DNA of 64,000 nucleotides, taken from contig JBBRPR010000016.1 in assembly GCA_038227875.1 (NCBI GenBank), forward strand, positions 1 through 64,000, read 5' to 3'. This DNA is from Planctomycetota bacterium (lineage in GTDB: Bacteria; Planctomycetota; SZUA-567; H5-PLA8). Below are positions 19,106 through 29,334 of the stretch, in pieces (positions within the stretch are counted from its first letter, which is position 1; each line of letters starts with the position of its first letter). The notes under the pieces were generated by a model. The model searched no databases, was not told where the DNA came from, and was given only the letters and a program-made list of their open reading frames with translations. A program made the translations under genes and the position numbers.

Positions 19106-20536
19106 TCACTTGTTCGCGACGCGGACTTTCTGGCCGTCCTGGGTGAGCTTTGCGGCGTTGGTGGTCACGACGGTGTCGCTGGCGTTGAGGCCGGTCTGGA
19201 TTTCGACCAGGTCGTCCTTCGCTTCGCCGACGGTGACGACCTGCTTGCGTACAGTGTTCTCCGCGTTGATCACCCAGACGAATTTGGTGTTGTCGGCGGC
19301 GAGCACGGCCAGTTTCGGAATCACGAGCGTGTCCTTGACCGCTCCGGATTCGATGCCCTCCGGCGCATCGTCGGGCAGGAAACGCACGCGCACACCCATT
19401 TCGGGGAGCACGCCGTCGTCGCGTTTGAGGAATTCGACGCGGACGAGCACCGTGGCCTTGCTGCGGTTGGCGCGGGGGAGAATGCGGATCGTTTTTCCCG
19501 GGAAGACCTTGTCGGCGAAGGCATCGACGGTGATCGCCGCGCGTTGGCCGGGCTTGATTTGATGGATGTAGGTCTCCGCGACGTCGACTTCCGCCTGGAG
19601 AGAATTCCATTCGGCGATGGTGGCAATCGAGCCGCGCGCCATCGAGCCGCCGATGCTGATGGGCGCGACGATCTCGCCGACTTCCGCCGCCTTTTCCGTC
19701 ACCACGCCGTCGAAGGGCGAGTAGATGAAGGCGTCTTCGAGCTGCGCCTTGAGTACGCTGACCGTCGCGGCGGCCGATTGCTCCGACGCTTCGCCCACCG
19801 CGATGTTGGAGCGCGCCACTTCCGACTGTGCTTCGGCGATCTTGATTTTCTGCTGGGCTTCGAGCTTGCGGAGTTCGGCCGTGGCGATCTGCGCTTCGGC
19901 GGCGCGAACTTCCGTGACGCGGTCGTCGACGGCCGACTGCGCCATGGCCTGGTTGGCGGCCACGTTTTTCGACATCTCCAGGCGGCGGTTGGCGTCGGCG
20001 AGCCGGATCTTGATCTCCGTGATTTCGGCGTTGAGCGTATTGATGGTCATCTGCGCCGCGCCGGTTTCGGCTTCCGATTGCGCCACCATTTTGCGGCGGC
20101 GTTCGACTTCGGTGTGAAGTTCCTTCTGCGCTGCTTCGGCCTGCCTGATCTGGGCATCGAGTTCGTGATGGTCGATCTCGGCGATCTCGTCGCCTTTCTT
20201 GACGCGCTGGGATTCGGCGACATTCAATTTTGCCAGCCGCCCAGTACCTTTGAACGCGAGCACCGATTGCCGGTCGGCAACGATGTAGCCGGCGGCGGTG
20301 AGTTCGGCGCTTTCGGCCTTGCCGGTACTGCTGGAAGGCGTGAACGAGCCGCCGCGCATTTTCACCACCGGCGCGGTGCCGACTTCGACCTCCAGAAATT
20401 TACTGACCTGCGGAAACGCGAACACGCCGCCGACGATCAGTAGGACGACGATGATCCATTTCCATGGCAGCCCCGCGGAGCGGCGTCGGGTGCGATCAAT
20501 TTTGAGAGCGGCGAGACCTTCGGATGACACGGACAC
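19106..20536 (-). CDS. Efflux membrane-fusion (periplasmic adaptor) protein
   Basis: TM anchor, lipoyl halves, long coiled coil, IYSPFDGVV; start approximate. Confidence 0.9.
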   Translation of the reverse strand: MSVSSEGLAALKIDRTRRRSAGLPWKWIIVVLLIVGGVFAFPQVSKFLEVEVGTAPVVKMRGGSFTPSSSTGKAESAELTAAGYIVADRQSVLAFKGTGRLAKLNVAESQRVKKGDEIAEIDHHELDAQIRQAEAAQKELHTEVERRRKMVAQSEAETGAAQMTINTLNAEITEIKIRLADANRRLEMSKNVAANQAMAQSAVDDRVTEVRAAEAQIATAELRKLEAQQKIKIAEAQSEVARSNIAVGEASEQSAAATVSVLKAQLEDAFIYSPFDGVVTEKAAEVGEIVAPISIGGSMARGSIATIAEWNSLQAEVDVAETYIHQIKPGQRAAITVDAFADKVFPGKTIRILPRANRSKATVLVRVEFLKRDDGVLPEMGVRVRFLPDDAPEGIESGAVKDTLVIPKLAVLAADNTKFVWVINAENTVRKQVVTVGEAKDDLVEIQTGLNASDTVVTTNAAKLTQDGQKVRVANK

Positions 20537-20619
20537 CTCGTGGATGAACGTTTGACCCAGACATCTTAGCAGAGGTGTGCCGCGAGGCAAACGGCGAGTT
20601 GGCAGAATGGTGATGCGAA

Positions 20620-20680
20620 TGGTGCCACGGATGCACGGATTTCCTCACTACGCTCAGAAACCCGCGCATCCGTGGCACCA
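20620..20680. repeat. REP-like palindrome
   Basis: TGGTGCCACGGATGC...CTACGCTCA...GCATCCGTGGCACCA. Confidence 0.85.
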
Positions 20681-20734
20681 GCCAGAACCTCCGTCCGCAC
20701 TTCAAAACCGCCGCAAACGCGTTACGCTTTCGGG

Positions 20735-21394
20735 ATGAAAAATTCCAGCGCTCACAACATCGACGCAGTGATTTTCGATATCGGCGGCGTGCTCGTTCGC
20801 ATTGAACTGAGCGCGATCCTCAAGTCGGTCTCGCAGCTCTCGAAGAAATCTCCATTCGAACTCGCGGCCATCTACAAGCATCAGTCGATACTCGATTTTG
20901 AAGTCGGGAAGATCACCGAGCGCGAATTTCATCGCGTTCTCGAAGGGCTGCTGGGCTGCCCGTTTCCCTATCCTCAATTCTGCGAAACGTGGAACAGCAT
21001 CTTCATCGGCGAGATCGAACCGACCGTGACACTGATGCACGCGTTGAACGCGCAGCCGGAATTGAAGGTCGGCATTCTCTCCAATACCAACTGCCTCCAT
21101 TTGGAATGGATGCGCGCGCGATTGAAGACGTTCGATGGCATCAAGCATTTCTACGCCAGCAACGAAATCGGCCACCGCAAACCCAACGCGTCGGCGTATC
21201 ACTACGTGCTGGATAAAATGGGCGTCGCGCCGGAGCGGGCGGTGTTTATCGACGATCTGTCCGAAAACATCGCGGCGGCGAAGGCGGTGGGAATGCATGG
21301 AATTGAGGCAACGGATGCGGCGGCCGTCCGGTCCGGATTGGCATCTTTGGGTATTTTTTGTGCGGAGAACCCTGCCAGCACCCGAATAATATAG
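20735..21394 (+). CDS. HAD-family hydrolase (YihX-like)
   Basis: IFDIGGVL, LSNT, KP, FIDD. Confidence 0.9.
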   Translation: MKNSSAHNIDAVIFDIGGVLVRIELSAILKSVSQLSKKSPFELAAIYKHQSILDFEVGKITEREFHRVLEGLLGCPFPYPQFCETWNSIFIGEIEPTVTLMHALNAQPELKVGILSNTNCLHLEWMRARLKTFDGIKHFYASNEIGHRKPNASAYHYVLDKMGVAPERAVFIDDLSENIAAAKAVGMHGIEATDAAAVRSGLASLGIFCAENPASTRII

Positions 21395-21398
21395 GACG

Positions 21399-21905
21399 AT
21401 GAACTACAGTCCAACTCCGGCGGCGGCACCGAGTATGAGTGATCAGGTCGAAGCGCGTTTGGCTCAAGCGGGTCTGATGCTACCCAAACCGTCCAAACCG
21501 GTCGGCATGTACGCTTCGGCAGTGCGCTCTGGGAATCTGTTGTTTGTCTCCGGCCACGGGCCGCTCAAGGCCGACCGCACCTTGGTTCGCGGACGGGTGG
21601 GGGAGACGCTCACAATAGTGGAAGCCGCCGAAGCGGCTCGAGTTACGGCGATCAACATGCTCGCCACCGTGAAGGTTGCCGTCGGTTCACTCGATCAAGT
21701 CGTGCGTGTGGTGAAGGTGCTCGGTCTGGTCCGCGCGGTGCCGGATTTCACGGACCAGCCGCGCGTGATCGATGGATTCTCAGAAGTGATGCGGATTGCG
21801 TTTGGCGATCCAGCGGGGATGTCGGCGCGATCCGCGATCGGCGTCGCGAGTTTGCCAGACGGAATCTGTGTGGAAGTAGAAGCGATCTTTGAAATTCGAG
21901 ACTGA
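21399..21905 (+). CDS. RidA/YjgF family protein
   Basis: LFVSGHGP, ARSAIGVASLP, VEVEAI. Confidence 0.9.
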   Translation: MNYSPTPAAAPSMSDQVEARLAQAGLMLPKPSKPVGMYASAVRSGNLLFVSGHGPLKADRTLVRGRVGETLTIVEAAEAARVTAINMLATVKVAVGSLDQVVRVVKVLGLVRAVPDFTDQPRVIDGFSEVMRIAFGDPAGMSARSAIGVASLPDGICVEVEAIFEIRD

Positions 21906-21918
21906 CCGGAGTTGGCGC

Positions 21919-22641
21919 GTGGCCAAAGTAGCCGTCGTCACGGGATCGGGTGTGCGTCTGGGCCGGGCCATCGCGTTGGCGCTGGCGGAGCAAGGGTACG
22001 ATTTGGTGTTGCACTGCCGGAGCTCCAAACGCGAAGCCACAGCGCTGGCGAAGGACGTGCAATTGAAGGGGCGAAAAGCTGCGGTGCTTCAGGCGGATCT
22101 CAGCAAGGGCGCTGAAGTTGTGAAATTTGCGCGGGCCGCGGAGAAGGCTTTCGGACGGGTCGATCTGCTGGTCAATAGCGCGGCGATCTTCTGGCCGACG
22201 CCGCTGGAGAAGCTCAATGAGAAGGAACTGGATGCTTTCTATAATGTAAATCTGAAGGCGCCTTACTTGTTGTGCAGTGAGCTGGGCCGACGAATGAAAA
22301 AGCGGGGCGGGGGGGCGATCATCAACATGGCCTGTCTCTCCGGTTTGCGAGCGTGGAAGAATTTCGTGCCCTATTCGATCAGCAAGGCCGGTGTGGTCGC
22401 CCTGACCCAAGGAATGGCCAAGCTGCTGGGGCCAGAAGTGCGGGTGAATGCGATTGCACCGGGAACGGTGCTGCCGCCGCCGAAAATGAATGCCGCGGAT
22501 TTGGAGGTTATTCGGGAGCGCTTGCCATTGAAGCGAATCGGCACTCCTGAAGACATCGTGAAGGCCGTGTTGTACCTGGTTGAAGCCTCATTTGTGACCG
22601 GTCAAATTCTGTGCGTGGACGGCGGGCGCTCTATCGTGTAG
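21919..22641 (+). CDS. SDR oxidoreductase, pteridine reductase-like
   Basis: VTGSGVRLG, LVNSAAIF, YSISK, VNAIAPG. Confidence 0.88.
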   Translation: MAKVAVVTGSGVRLGRAIALALAEQGYDLVLHCRSSKREATALAKDVQLKGRKAAVLQADLSKGAEVVKFARAAEKAFGRVDLLVNSAAIFWPTPLEKLNEKELDAFYNVNLKAPYLLCSELGRRMKKRGGGAIINMACLSGLRAWKNFVPYSISKAGVVALTQGMAKLLGPEVRVNAIAPGTVLPPPKMNAADLEVIRERLPLKRIGTPEDIVKAVLYLVEASFVTGQILCVDGGRSIV

Positions 22642-22760
22642 CAATATGGGAGAGCGCTTTAAGGAAGGGACTGGATTCCAAGTCGTTTGTGCTGCTAAAC
22701 TTCGCAGAACTGACTCGCAGTGCGGAAGAGCCCCACTGGCAGCGGCTATTAGGATAACGA

Positions 22761-23672
22761 ATGTCGAGACGCGCGATCATATCCGATGTCCACGGTAACT
22801 TGGTGGCGTTGGAGGCTGTTCTGGCAGACATCAAGACCCAGAACGTGTCAGAGATTCTCTGTCTTGGCGACATCTGCGGCTACGGTCCTCAGCCGATCGA
22901 ATGCATCAAACTCATCCGCCAATCCTGCGCCTGGTCGTTGCGCGGCAATCACGACGAAGCACTTTTTGTCGACCCCACGGACTTCGGCAAGAACGCACTT
23001 ACGTCGATTCTCTGGCAGCGCAAGATCCTGGAACCCAAGCCTGACAGCACGCCGGAAGACATCGAACGCTGGGAGTGGCTGAAGGGTTTGCAGCCGGAGC
23101 GCAAAGAGAAAGACGTGGCCTTCGTCCATGCCTCGCCGCGCGATCCGCTTTACGAATACGTGCTGCGCGAAGATTTTGACGAAGGCCTGGGTCCGACACA
23201 GAAAGCCAAGGACATGTTTGCGTCGATGGACTGGCTGTGTTTCTGCGGACACTCCCATCGTCCGGGTGTCGTGGCTGAAGATTACAAATGGTTTCTGCCG
23301 TCAGAATTGAACAAGGGGACGTACGTCATCAAGAAGGGCTTCAAGACCATCGTCAACATTGGTTCTGTTGGCCAGCCCCGCGATGGCATTCCTGATTCCT
23401 GCTATGTCATTTTTGAATACGATCCAATCGAGCACCCGCCGGTCGTGCCGGCTCAACCGGGATCGGGCACGTTCATCCAGGTGAAGTCGGCCGTCGATGA
23501 CGAAACGCGTTTCGGCAAGGAGCTCAACCAGGCCCGCGATACGGCGATGATGCGCTTGCCCAAAGTTCATTTCCGCCGCGTGACGTACGACGTCCCCGGT
23601 GCGCAGGCCCGCTTCCGGGCGATCAAGGAATTGCCGGAGCACAACGCGGCACGGCTGGCTTCGGGAACGTGA
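22761..23672 (+). CDS. Calcineurin-like metallophosphoesterase
   Basis: SDVHGN, LGDICGYG, GNHD, GHSH, NIGSVGQPRD. Confidence 0.9.
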   Translation: MSRRAIISDVHGNLVALEAVLADIKTQNVSEILCLGDICGYGPQPIECIKLIRQSCAWSLRGNHDEALFVDPTDFGKNALTSILWQRKILEPKPDSTPEDIERWEWLKGLQPERKEKDVAFVHASPRDPLYEYVLREDFDEGLGPTQKAKDMFASMDWLCFCGHSHRPGVVAEDYKWFLPSELNKGTYVIKKGFKTIVNIGSVGQPRDGIPDSCYVIFEYDPIEHPPVVPAQPGSGTFIQVKSAVDDETRFGKELNQARDTAMMRLPKVHFRRVTYDVPGAQARFRAIKELPEHNAARLASGT

Positions 23673-23681
23673 GAACGGCAA

Positions 23682-23702
23682 TTTTGAGTTTTGAGTTTTT
23701 AG
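23682..23702. repeat. Heptamer tandem repeat (TTTTGAG)
   Basis: 3 units. Confidence 0.7.
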
Positions 23703-23726
23703 TTACGGAAGGATACGACGGTTACC

Positions 23727-24761
23727 ATGCAGAAGCGCGCACTTATCACGGGAATCACGGGCCAGGACGGTTCGTATCTGGCGGAATTGCTTTTAGGCAA
23801 GGGCTATGAGGTCCACGGCCTTATCCGCCGCACCAGCACATTCACGACCAGCCGCATCGAACACCTCTACCGCGATCCGCACGAAACGGGCGTTAAATTG
23901 TTTCTGCATTACGGCGACTTGGTGGATTCAGGAAGCCTGGTGACACTCTTCCGCAAGATTAATCCGGACGAAGTTTACAATCTCGGCGCGCAGTCGCACG
24001 TCGCCGTCTCGTTTCACAATCCGATCTTCACTGCCGATGCCGACGGACTGGGTGTATTGCGTTGCCTAGAAGCGATCCGCAACATGGACAAACCGCCGCG
24101 CTTCTACCAGGCGTCGTCGAGCGAAATGTACGGCAAAGTCCTGGAGACGCCGCAGTCGGAGAAGACGCCGTTCTATCCGCGCAGTCCCTACGCCTGCGCG
24201 AAAGTCTACGGCTTCTGGCAGACGGTAAATTACCGCGAGTCCTACAACATTTTCGGCTGCAACGGAATTCTCTTCAATCACGAATCACCCCGCCGCGGCG
24301 AAACGTTCGTGACGCGCAAGATCACGCGCGCCGCCACGCGCATCAAGCTGGGCCTGCAGAAGAAGCTCTATCTGGGCAACATGGAAGCCAAGCGCGACTG
24401 GGGCTTTGCCGGCGATTATGTCGAAGCGATGTGGCTGATGTTGCAGCAGGACCAGCCCGACGATTACGTCGTCGCCACGGGGGAAACGCATTCGGTCCGC
24501 GAATTCGTCAACGAAGTCTTTGGCTACCTCGAACTGGATCCGAAGAATTACGTCGAACAGGACGCCCGCTACTTCCGTCCGGCCGAAGTCGATCTGCTGC
24601 TCGGTGATCCGACGAAAGCAAAGCAGAAATTGAATTGGACGCCGAAAGTCGGTTTCAAGCAGCTCGCTCGCATGATGACCGATGCCGACCTGGCGTTGGC
24701 CAAGCAGGAGAAGCTCCTGGCCGACGCGGGACATAAGACGATTCATGCGGAAAATGACTGA
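23727..24761 (+). CDS. gmd: GDP-mannose 4,6-dehydratase
   Basis: [42 protein letters not shown]. Confidence 0.97.
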   Translation: MQKRALITGITGQDGSYLAELLLGKGYEVHGLIRRTSTFTTSRIEHLYRDPHETGVKLFLHYGDLVDSGSLVTLFRKINPDEVYNLGAQSHVAVSFHNPIFTADADGLGVLRCLEAIRNMDKPPRFYQASSSEMYGKVLETPQSEKTPFYPRSPYACAKVYGFWQTVNYRESYNIFGCNGILFNHESPRRGETFVTRKITRAATRIKLGLQKKLYLGNMEAKRDWGFAGDYVEAMWLMLQQDQPDDYVVATGETHSVREFVNEVFGYLELDPKNYVEQDARYFRPAEVDLLLGDPTKAKQKLNWTPKVGFKQLARMMTDADLALAKQEKLLADAGHKTIHAEND

Positions 24762-24887
24762 ACTGCCGGACAGATGCTCGATCTCCGATGACATTCTTTC
24801 GCACCCCCACACGTGCACCGATTTCCCTTGATTCTGCCGCTACTTCGTCACACAGTCTCTCCCTAGGACACTATCCTAGCGGGTGCC

Positions 24888-25463
24888 ATGGCAGACGATC
24901 GGGATTTGAAGACGCTGGTTGCGTTGGCTCGCGGGGGCGACACGGACGCCTTTGGTACCCTCGTGTCGCGATTCAGCGGCGCGGTGCGCGCGGCGTGCCT
25001 GCTTCGTGCGGCGGATCCCAGCCGCGCCGACGATATTGCTCAACAGGTCTTCCTCACCGCGTGGCGCCGGCTGCCGGATCTGAGTGAAGATGGCGCGTTC
25101 TGGCCGTGGATCGATGCGATTACGCGGCGGCATTTGATGAACGAATGGCGCCGGGTGCAGCGCGAACGGGGATTGCGCCAGCGCTACACGCTGCAGTGGC
25201 TCTCCACGCAGGATCAGGAAGAACTGGCGGAAGGCGATGCGGCGGAATTGGAAGTGCGCGTGGAAAGTCTGCGCATGTGTATGGAGAAGCTGCCCGAAAA
25301 TCTGCGCAAGATCGTGAAGATGCGCTACCACGATAATTGCACCTCGCAGACGATTGGAAAGTTGACGGGGCGTTCGGCCGATTCCATCCGCCAGACGTTC
25401 GTACGCGTGCGCGAGAAATTGCGCGAATGCATCGAACGGCGCATGGCGGAACGGCGCGTGTGA
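24888..25463 (+). CDS. ECF sigma factor
   Basis: Region 2 (ADDIAQQVFLTAW) and region 4 (CMEKLP..MRY). Confidence 0.9.
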   Translation: MADDRDLKTLVALARGGDTDAFGTLVSRFSGAVRAACLLRAADPSRADDIAQQVFLTAWRRLPDLSEDGAFWPWIDAITRRHLMNEWRRVQRERGLRQRYTLQWLSTQDQEELAEGDAAELEVRVESLRMCMEKLPENLRKIVKMRYHDNCTSQTIGKLTGRSADSIRQTFVRVREKLRECIERRMAERRV

Positions 25464-25480
25464 GCCTAAAGAGGTAGAGC

Positions 25481-27694
25481 ATGTCCGAAGAAATCGAGAG
25501 CGATCCGACCCAGTTCGAAAGCCTCGTCGGACGATTTTTCGACGGCGAGCTGACCGACGCGGAAGATCGTGAACTGGTCGCGATGCTGGAAGCCGATCCG
25601 ACTCTGGCGAAGCGTTTTGTCGAGATGGCGCGGCTGGACCGCGCGCTGGCGGCGATTGCCTCACAGCACCGCGTCAGCGACGCGGCATTTGACGCGGCGG
25701 TACGCAAAGGTCTGGAGCTTTCCGAGGAAGGCGAGAGCCGTGAATTCGCCGCGGTGGTCGTGCAGATGGTCCGCGACGGTTCCGACCGCCGGCGCACGCG
25801 GCGGTTGGCTTCGGCGCAGCAGGAACGCCGCGCGGGGCAGTTCTCCGCCGCAGCCATTGCGGCGATAGCCTGCGTCACGGTGGCGGCGCTGGCGCTGCTC
25901 TTTTTCAGCCGTACTGAAGCACCGGTTGCCAGTGTGCCCAATAAAGTCACCGCTCCAGCAGACATAGTTGCGGCAGCACCCAACGAAAATGTGCCGCCGC
26001 TTGGCGCGGCAAAGCCCGAGGTGGCACCCGCGAAGCAGAATCCGCGTCGCAATACGCTGGCCGCCGCACCCCCTAGGAATGCGACTCCACCTGGCACCAT
26101 GCCAATCTGGAGCACGGAGACGGGCATTCCGGAAGTCATCCCGCCGGATTCCCAGGAAGGCGTCCGTGAAACAGCCGCGATCGACGATCCGGTGACACCG
26201 GACATGCCGGGCAACTTCGCAGAAGAAGGAGCGGTTGCTTCATCTCCGGCGAACAACTCGGCATTAGAGAAGGTGGCCGGACTCGCGAAAGTCGCGCGGC
26301 TGACGAATGTCACAGCGGCCGTCCAGCGCAACGGAAAACGCGTGGATGCGACTGGGCCGATGCTGGAAGGCGATGTGCTGCGGATTTCGGCGCTCGATTC
26401 CAGCCCTGGTGAAGCTGCACCCGCGAAGTTCGTAGCCGGCGCCACGCCCGGCGCGGACGTGATGCTTTCCGACGGGAGCAGATTGTGGCTTTCGGCCGGC
26501 TCGGAATTCCGTTTCCACGTCGAAAATCAGAGCATCTGCCCCACCTTGGACGCCGGCGAAGTTGTGGCGCATATCAAGCCGCAGCCCGCTGGACATCCGT
26601 TGAAAATCCGTACACAACAGGGACCGGTCGTTGAAGTGGTCGGCACGGTTTTCACACTCTCCGCGGAAACGGCGAAAAAACGCGTCAGTCTGCGCGTCGA
26701 TGAAGGCAAGGTGCTCTTCACCGCGCAGAGTGTGGAACGCAAAGTGACCGCCGATGAGATGTGCGATGCAGAAGACGGCCGCGCGCCGGGGCAGATCGTG
26801 CGCGTGAAGTCGTCTCTTGCCGCGGCCTTCGGTGTCGTCTTGGACAAGGCGACGGGCAAGCCGTTTGAAAACGCGGTGCTCTTCGCCGTACCTCAGGCCA
26901 AGCGCAAGTCCGACGTTCGTTCCATCGCCGTCAAGGCTGATGCACAGGGCAAGTTCCGCTTCGATGCTCTGCGCGAAGGCAATTACTTTATCGTGGCGCA
27001 GCCGGACAATCTCAACGGCGCGGCGCAGGTTCGTTTCGCACTGGCGCGCGCGCGATTGAAGGCCGGGGAGGAGATACAAGTCAACCTCCTTGCGGATAAG
27101 CCGGCCGTCGTGGTGGGTGCGGTCGAAGAAAGCGGCAAGCGGCTGCTCATGACCAATTACCGCGTGCGCTTTCTGGCGGAGGGCGGCGACGGCTTGACCG
27201 TCCATCCCATTCTGGTCAGCGACAATTCGCGCGAGACCGACTACCACTGCGCCGTGATCGAAGGTTCGGGTAAATACGTGCCGATCGTCGAGAAGCCCGG
27301 GCTGCTGATCAAAATCCGCACTCCGCAGCGCGTGCAGTTGCTCAACGACCGCTTGAATCAGTGGGTGCTGGACGTTCAGACGTCGCCGTCGGCATCGATT
27401 AAAGGACGCGTGATCGACGCCGCAACCAATACCGCGCTCGGCGACGAGTCCGGCGCCGACGCCAATGATCCGCGCTCACCGCGCACCACCATTACGCTCA
27501 CGCCGTCCAGTGGCCTGTCCTACGTTGCCGCCGCGGAAAGCGATGGCACGGTATTCTTCAACACGAACCTCGACACCGGAACGTACGAACTGAAAGTGCA
27601 ACGCTTCGGCTTCGCGCCGTTCACCAAGCGTGTCAACCTGACCGCTGGGCAAGCGCTGGAACTGGATCTGCCGCTGGAGCGGGCTAAGAAATAG
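25481..27694 (+). CDS. Anti-sigma factor: ASD, TM, FecR domain, carboxypeptidase-regulatory-like domains
   Basis: FFDGEL N-terminus, one TM, VEVVGTVF/VDEGKV FecR motifs, GVVLDKATGKP / ADAQGKFRF. Confidence 0.82.
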   Translation: MSEEIESDPTQFESLVGRFFDGELTDAEDRELVAMLEADPTLAKRFVEMARLDRALAAIASQHRVSDAAFDAAVRKGLELSEEGESREFAAVVVQMVRDGSDRRRTRRLASAQQERRAGQFSAAAIAAIACVTVAALALLFFSRTEAPVASVPNKVTAPADIVAAAPNENVPPLGAAKPEVAPAKQNPRRNTLAAAPPRNATPPGTMPIWSTETGIPEVIPPDSQEGVRETAAIDDPVTPDMPGNFAEEGAVASSPANNSALEKVAGLAKVARLTNVTAAVQRNGKRVDATGPMLEGDVLRISALDSSPGEAAPAKFVAGATPGADVMLSDGSRLWLSAGSEFRFHVENQSICPTLDAGEVVAHIKPQPAGHPLKIRTQQGPVVEVVGTVFTLSAETAKKRVSLRVDEGKVLFTAQSVERKVTADEMCDAEDGRAPGQIVRVKSSLAAAFGVVLDKATGKPFENAVLFAVPQAKRKSDVRSIAVKADAQGKFRFDALREGNYFIVAQPDNLNGAAQVRFALARARLKAGEEIQVNLLADKPAVVVGAVEESGKRLLMTNYRVRFLAEGGDGLTVHPILVSDNSRETDYHCAVIEGSGKYVPIVEKPGLLIKIRTPQRVQLLNDRLNQWVLDVQTSPSASIKGRVIDAATNTALGDESGADANDPRSPRTTITLTPSSGLSYVAAAESDGTVFFNTNLDTGTYELKVQRFGFAPFTKRVNLTAGQALELDLPLERAKK

Positions 27695-27933
27695 CCGTTC
27701 TATTCTCGTTCTTTTCGCTCCAAAGTTGCTTCCAAATACCGCTGAAGTTGGCTGCTGCAGAGCCGCAATTTCAGCGGTTTTTATTTCATTGTTTTGCTTG
27801 GAAAGCCTTGTTGAGTAACGATTTATTGAATACTTTCCAAGCAGCCCGTAGTCTGTCGCGCACATTTTCACCATTTTAATCAACCTGCCCCTGTCAAAGG
27901 CGGCGATTTTCATCAGAAGCAGAATGGAGCATT

Positions 27934-29310
27934 GTGACTGATCACGAGTTGCTTGCATCGTTTGTAGATTCCAACTCCTCTGAAGCCTTCGCGGAGCTGG
28001 TGAACCGTCACATGTCGTATGTGCTGGGTGTCTGCCGTCGCGTGTTGGGGGACGAAGCGCTGGCGGAGGATGCCACGCAGACGACGTTTCTTTTCCTCGC
28101 CCAGAAAGCGCGGCAGATTCCTCCACAAACAGTGCTTGCCGGATGGCTGTATCTCACCGCACAGCACTCTGCTCTCACCATCCGTCGGACGGAGATGCGG
28201 CGCCAGAAGCGGGAGCAGGAGGTCAGCATGATGCGAACTCGAGCGGCGGAAGATGATTCGCGCCGCGCGGAAGAGCACTGGGGCGACATCCGTCAGCATG
28301 TGGACAATTTACTGACGACGCTTCCTTCATTGCAGCGGGAAGCGATTCTGCTCCGCTTCTTCTACGGATTATCCCAAGCCGATGCCGCCAAGGAAGCTGG
28401 CTGCCCCGTCGAGACCATGCACTGGCGTGCAACCAAAGGCATCGAGAAATTGCGCACGGCGCTGAAGCGACAAGGCGTGGCAATTTCGAGCGGTAGCCTG
28501 GCCATGGCGTTGGCAATGCCGGCGACGGAAGCGCTGCCGGCACATCTGGCCGCGCAGGTCAATTCGCTGGCCGCTGGAACATCCTCTGCCAGCGCTCTGG
28601 TGACCAATACCGTTTCTGCGTTGCGTGTATCGGCTTCCTCCGGCACGAGCGCACTCTCCCGGAAAATCACGGTGTACGGCATGGCGGCACTCTTCGCGGT
28701 TGCAACGGGCGTCGCGGTGGTCCATTACTCCAGTACTGCGAACAAGGCGTCAAAGGGGCGCGTGATTTTTGAGGAGAATTTCATTGGCGGAAACGCGTCA
28801 CGCTGGACCTTTACCAACGCCACCACCAAAGCCGAAACCCTGAACGCGGAGAGTGGCACGATCTGGGGACTGCAACTTTCGGCGGTGGATCCGAAGGCTC
28901 CGGCCGAAGCACATGCAAATTTGCCTGAATTGCCCTCGGCCATCGCAGTCGAAGCGACGATCTTTGCGCCTGAGCCGGCCAGCGGAGCCGGCAACAGCGT
29001 TGTCATTGGAGTTGATTCGACCGATGTGTCCGGCGGACCTCCAACGCAAGAGTTAGTAAAGCCCCAATACGTTCAACGGGCGGCACCTGAAGCAGGCGGC
29101 TGGCGCCATCTTCGCATCGAACTCCGGCAACTCGCCGAGCCCCGCAGCCCGCGTTTACGCATCACGTCGTTTAATGACAACACACTGATCGACGACAGGA
29201 TTATCAGCGCGACACTCGGACGGAAAATAAAACTTTCCGCCACAAGTCTGAAACCCTTTTTTACTGCCATTCGTGTCCTGGAACTCAATACGGAACCCAA
29301 TCCGCACTAG
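27934..29310 (+). CDS. ECF sigma factor with C-terminal TM and extracytoplasmic extension (planctomycete type)
   Basis: DHELLASF, AFAELVNRH, AEDATQTTFLFLAQKA, LAGWLY, TM near residue 250. Confidence 0.9.
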   Translation: MTDHELLASFVDSNSSEAFAELVNRHMSYVLGVCRRVLGDEALAEDATQTTFLFLAQKARQIPPQTVLAGWLYLTAQHSALTIRRTEMRRQKREQEVSMMRTRAAEDDSRRAEEHWGDIRQHVDNLLTTLPSLQREAILLRFFYGLSQADAAKEAGCPVETMHWRATKGIEKLRTALKRQGVAISSGSLAMALAMPATEALPAHLAAQVNSLAAGTSSASALVTNTVSALRVSASSGTSALSRKITVYGMAALFAVATGVAVVHYSSTANKASKGRVIFEENFIGGNASRWTFTNATTKAETLNAESGTIWGLQLSAVDPKAPAEAHANLPELPSAIAVEATIFAPEPASGAGNSVVIGVDSTDVSGGPPTQELVKPQYVQRAAPEAGGWRHLRIELRQLAEPRSPRLRITSFNDNTLIDDRIISATLGRKIKLSATSLKPFFTAIRVLELNTEPNPH

Positions 29311-29334
29311 CCGCACACATCTGGAGGCAGCGCC

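Noticed and set aside
25120..26445. 441-aa minus-strand ORF and similar long antisense ORFs (e.g. 48537-49733, 18378-19562)
   Set aside because: They overlap recognisable genes on the other strand and have no motifs.
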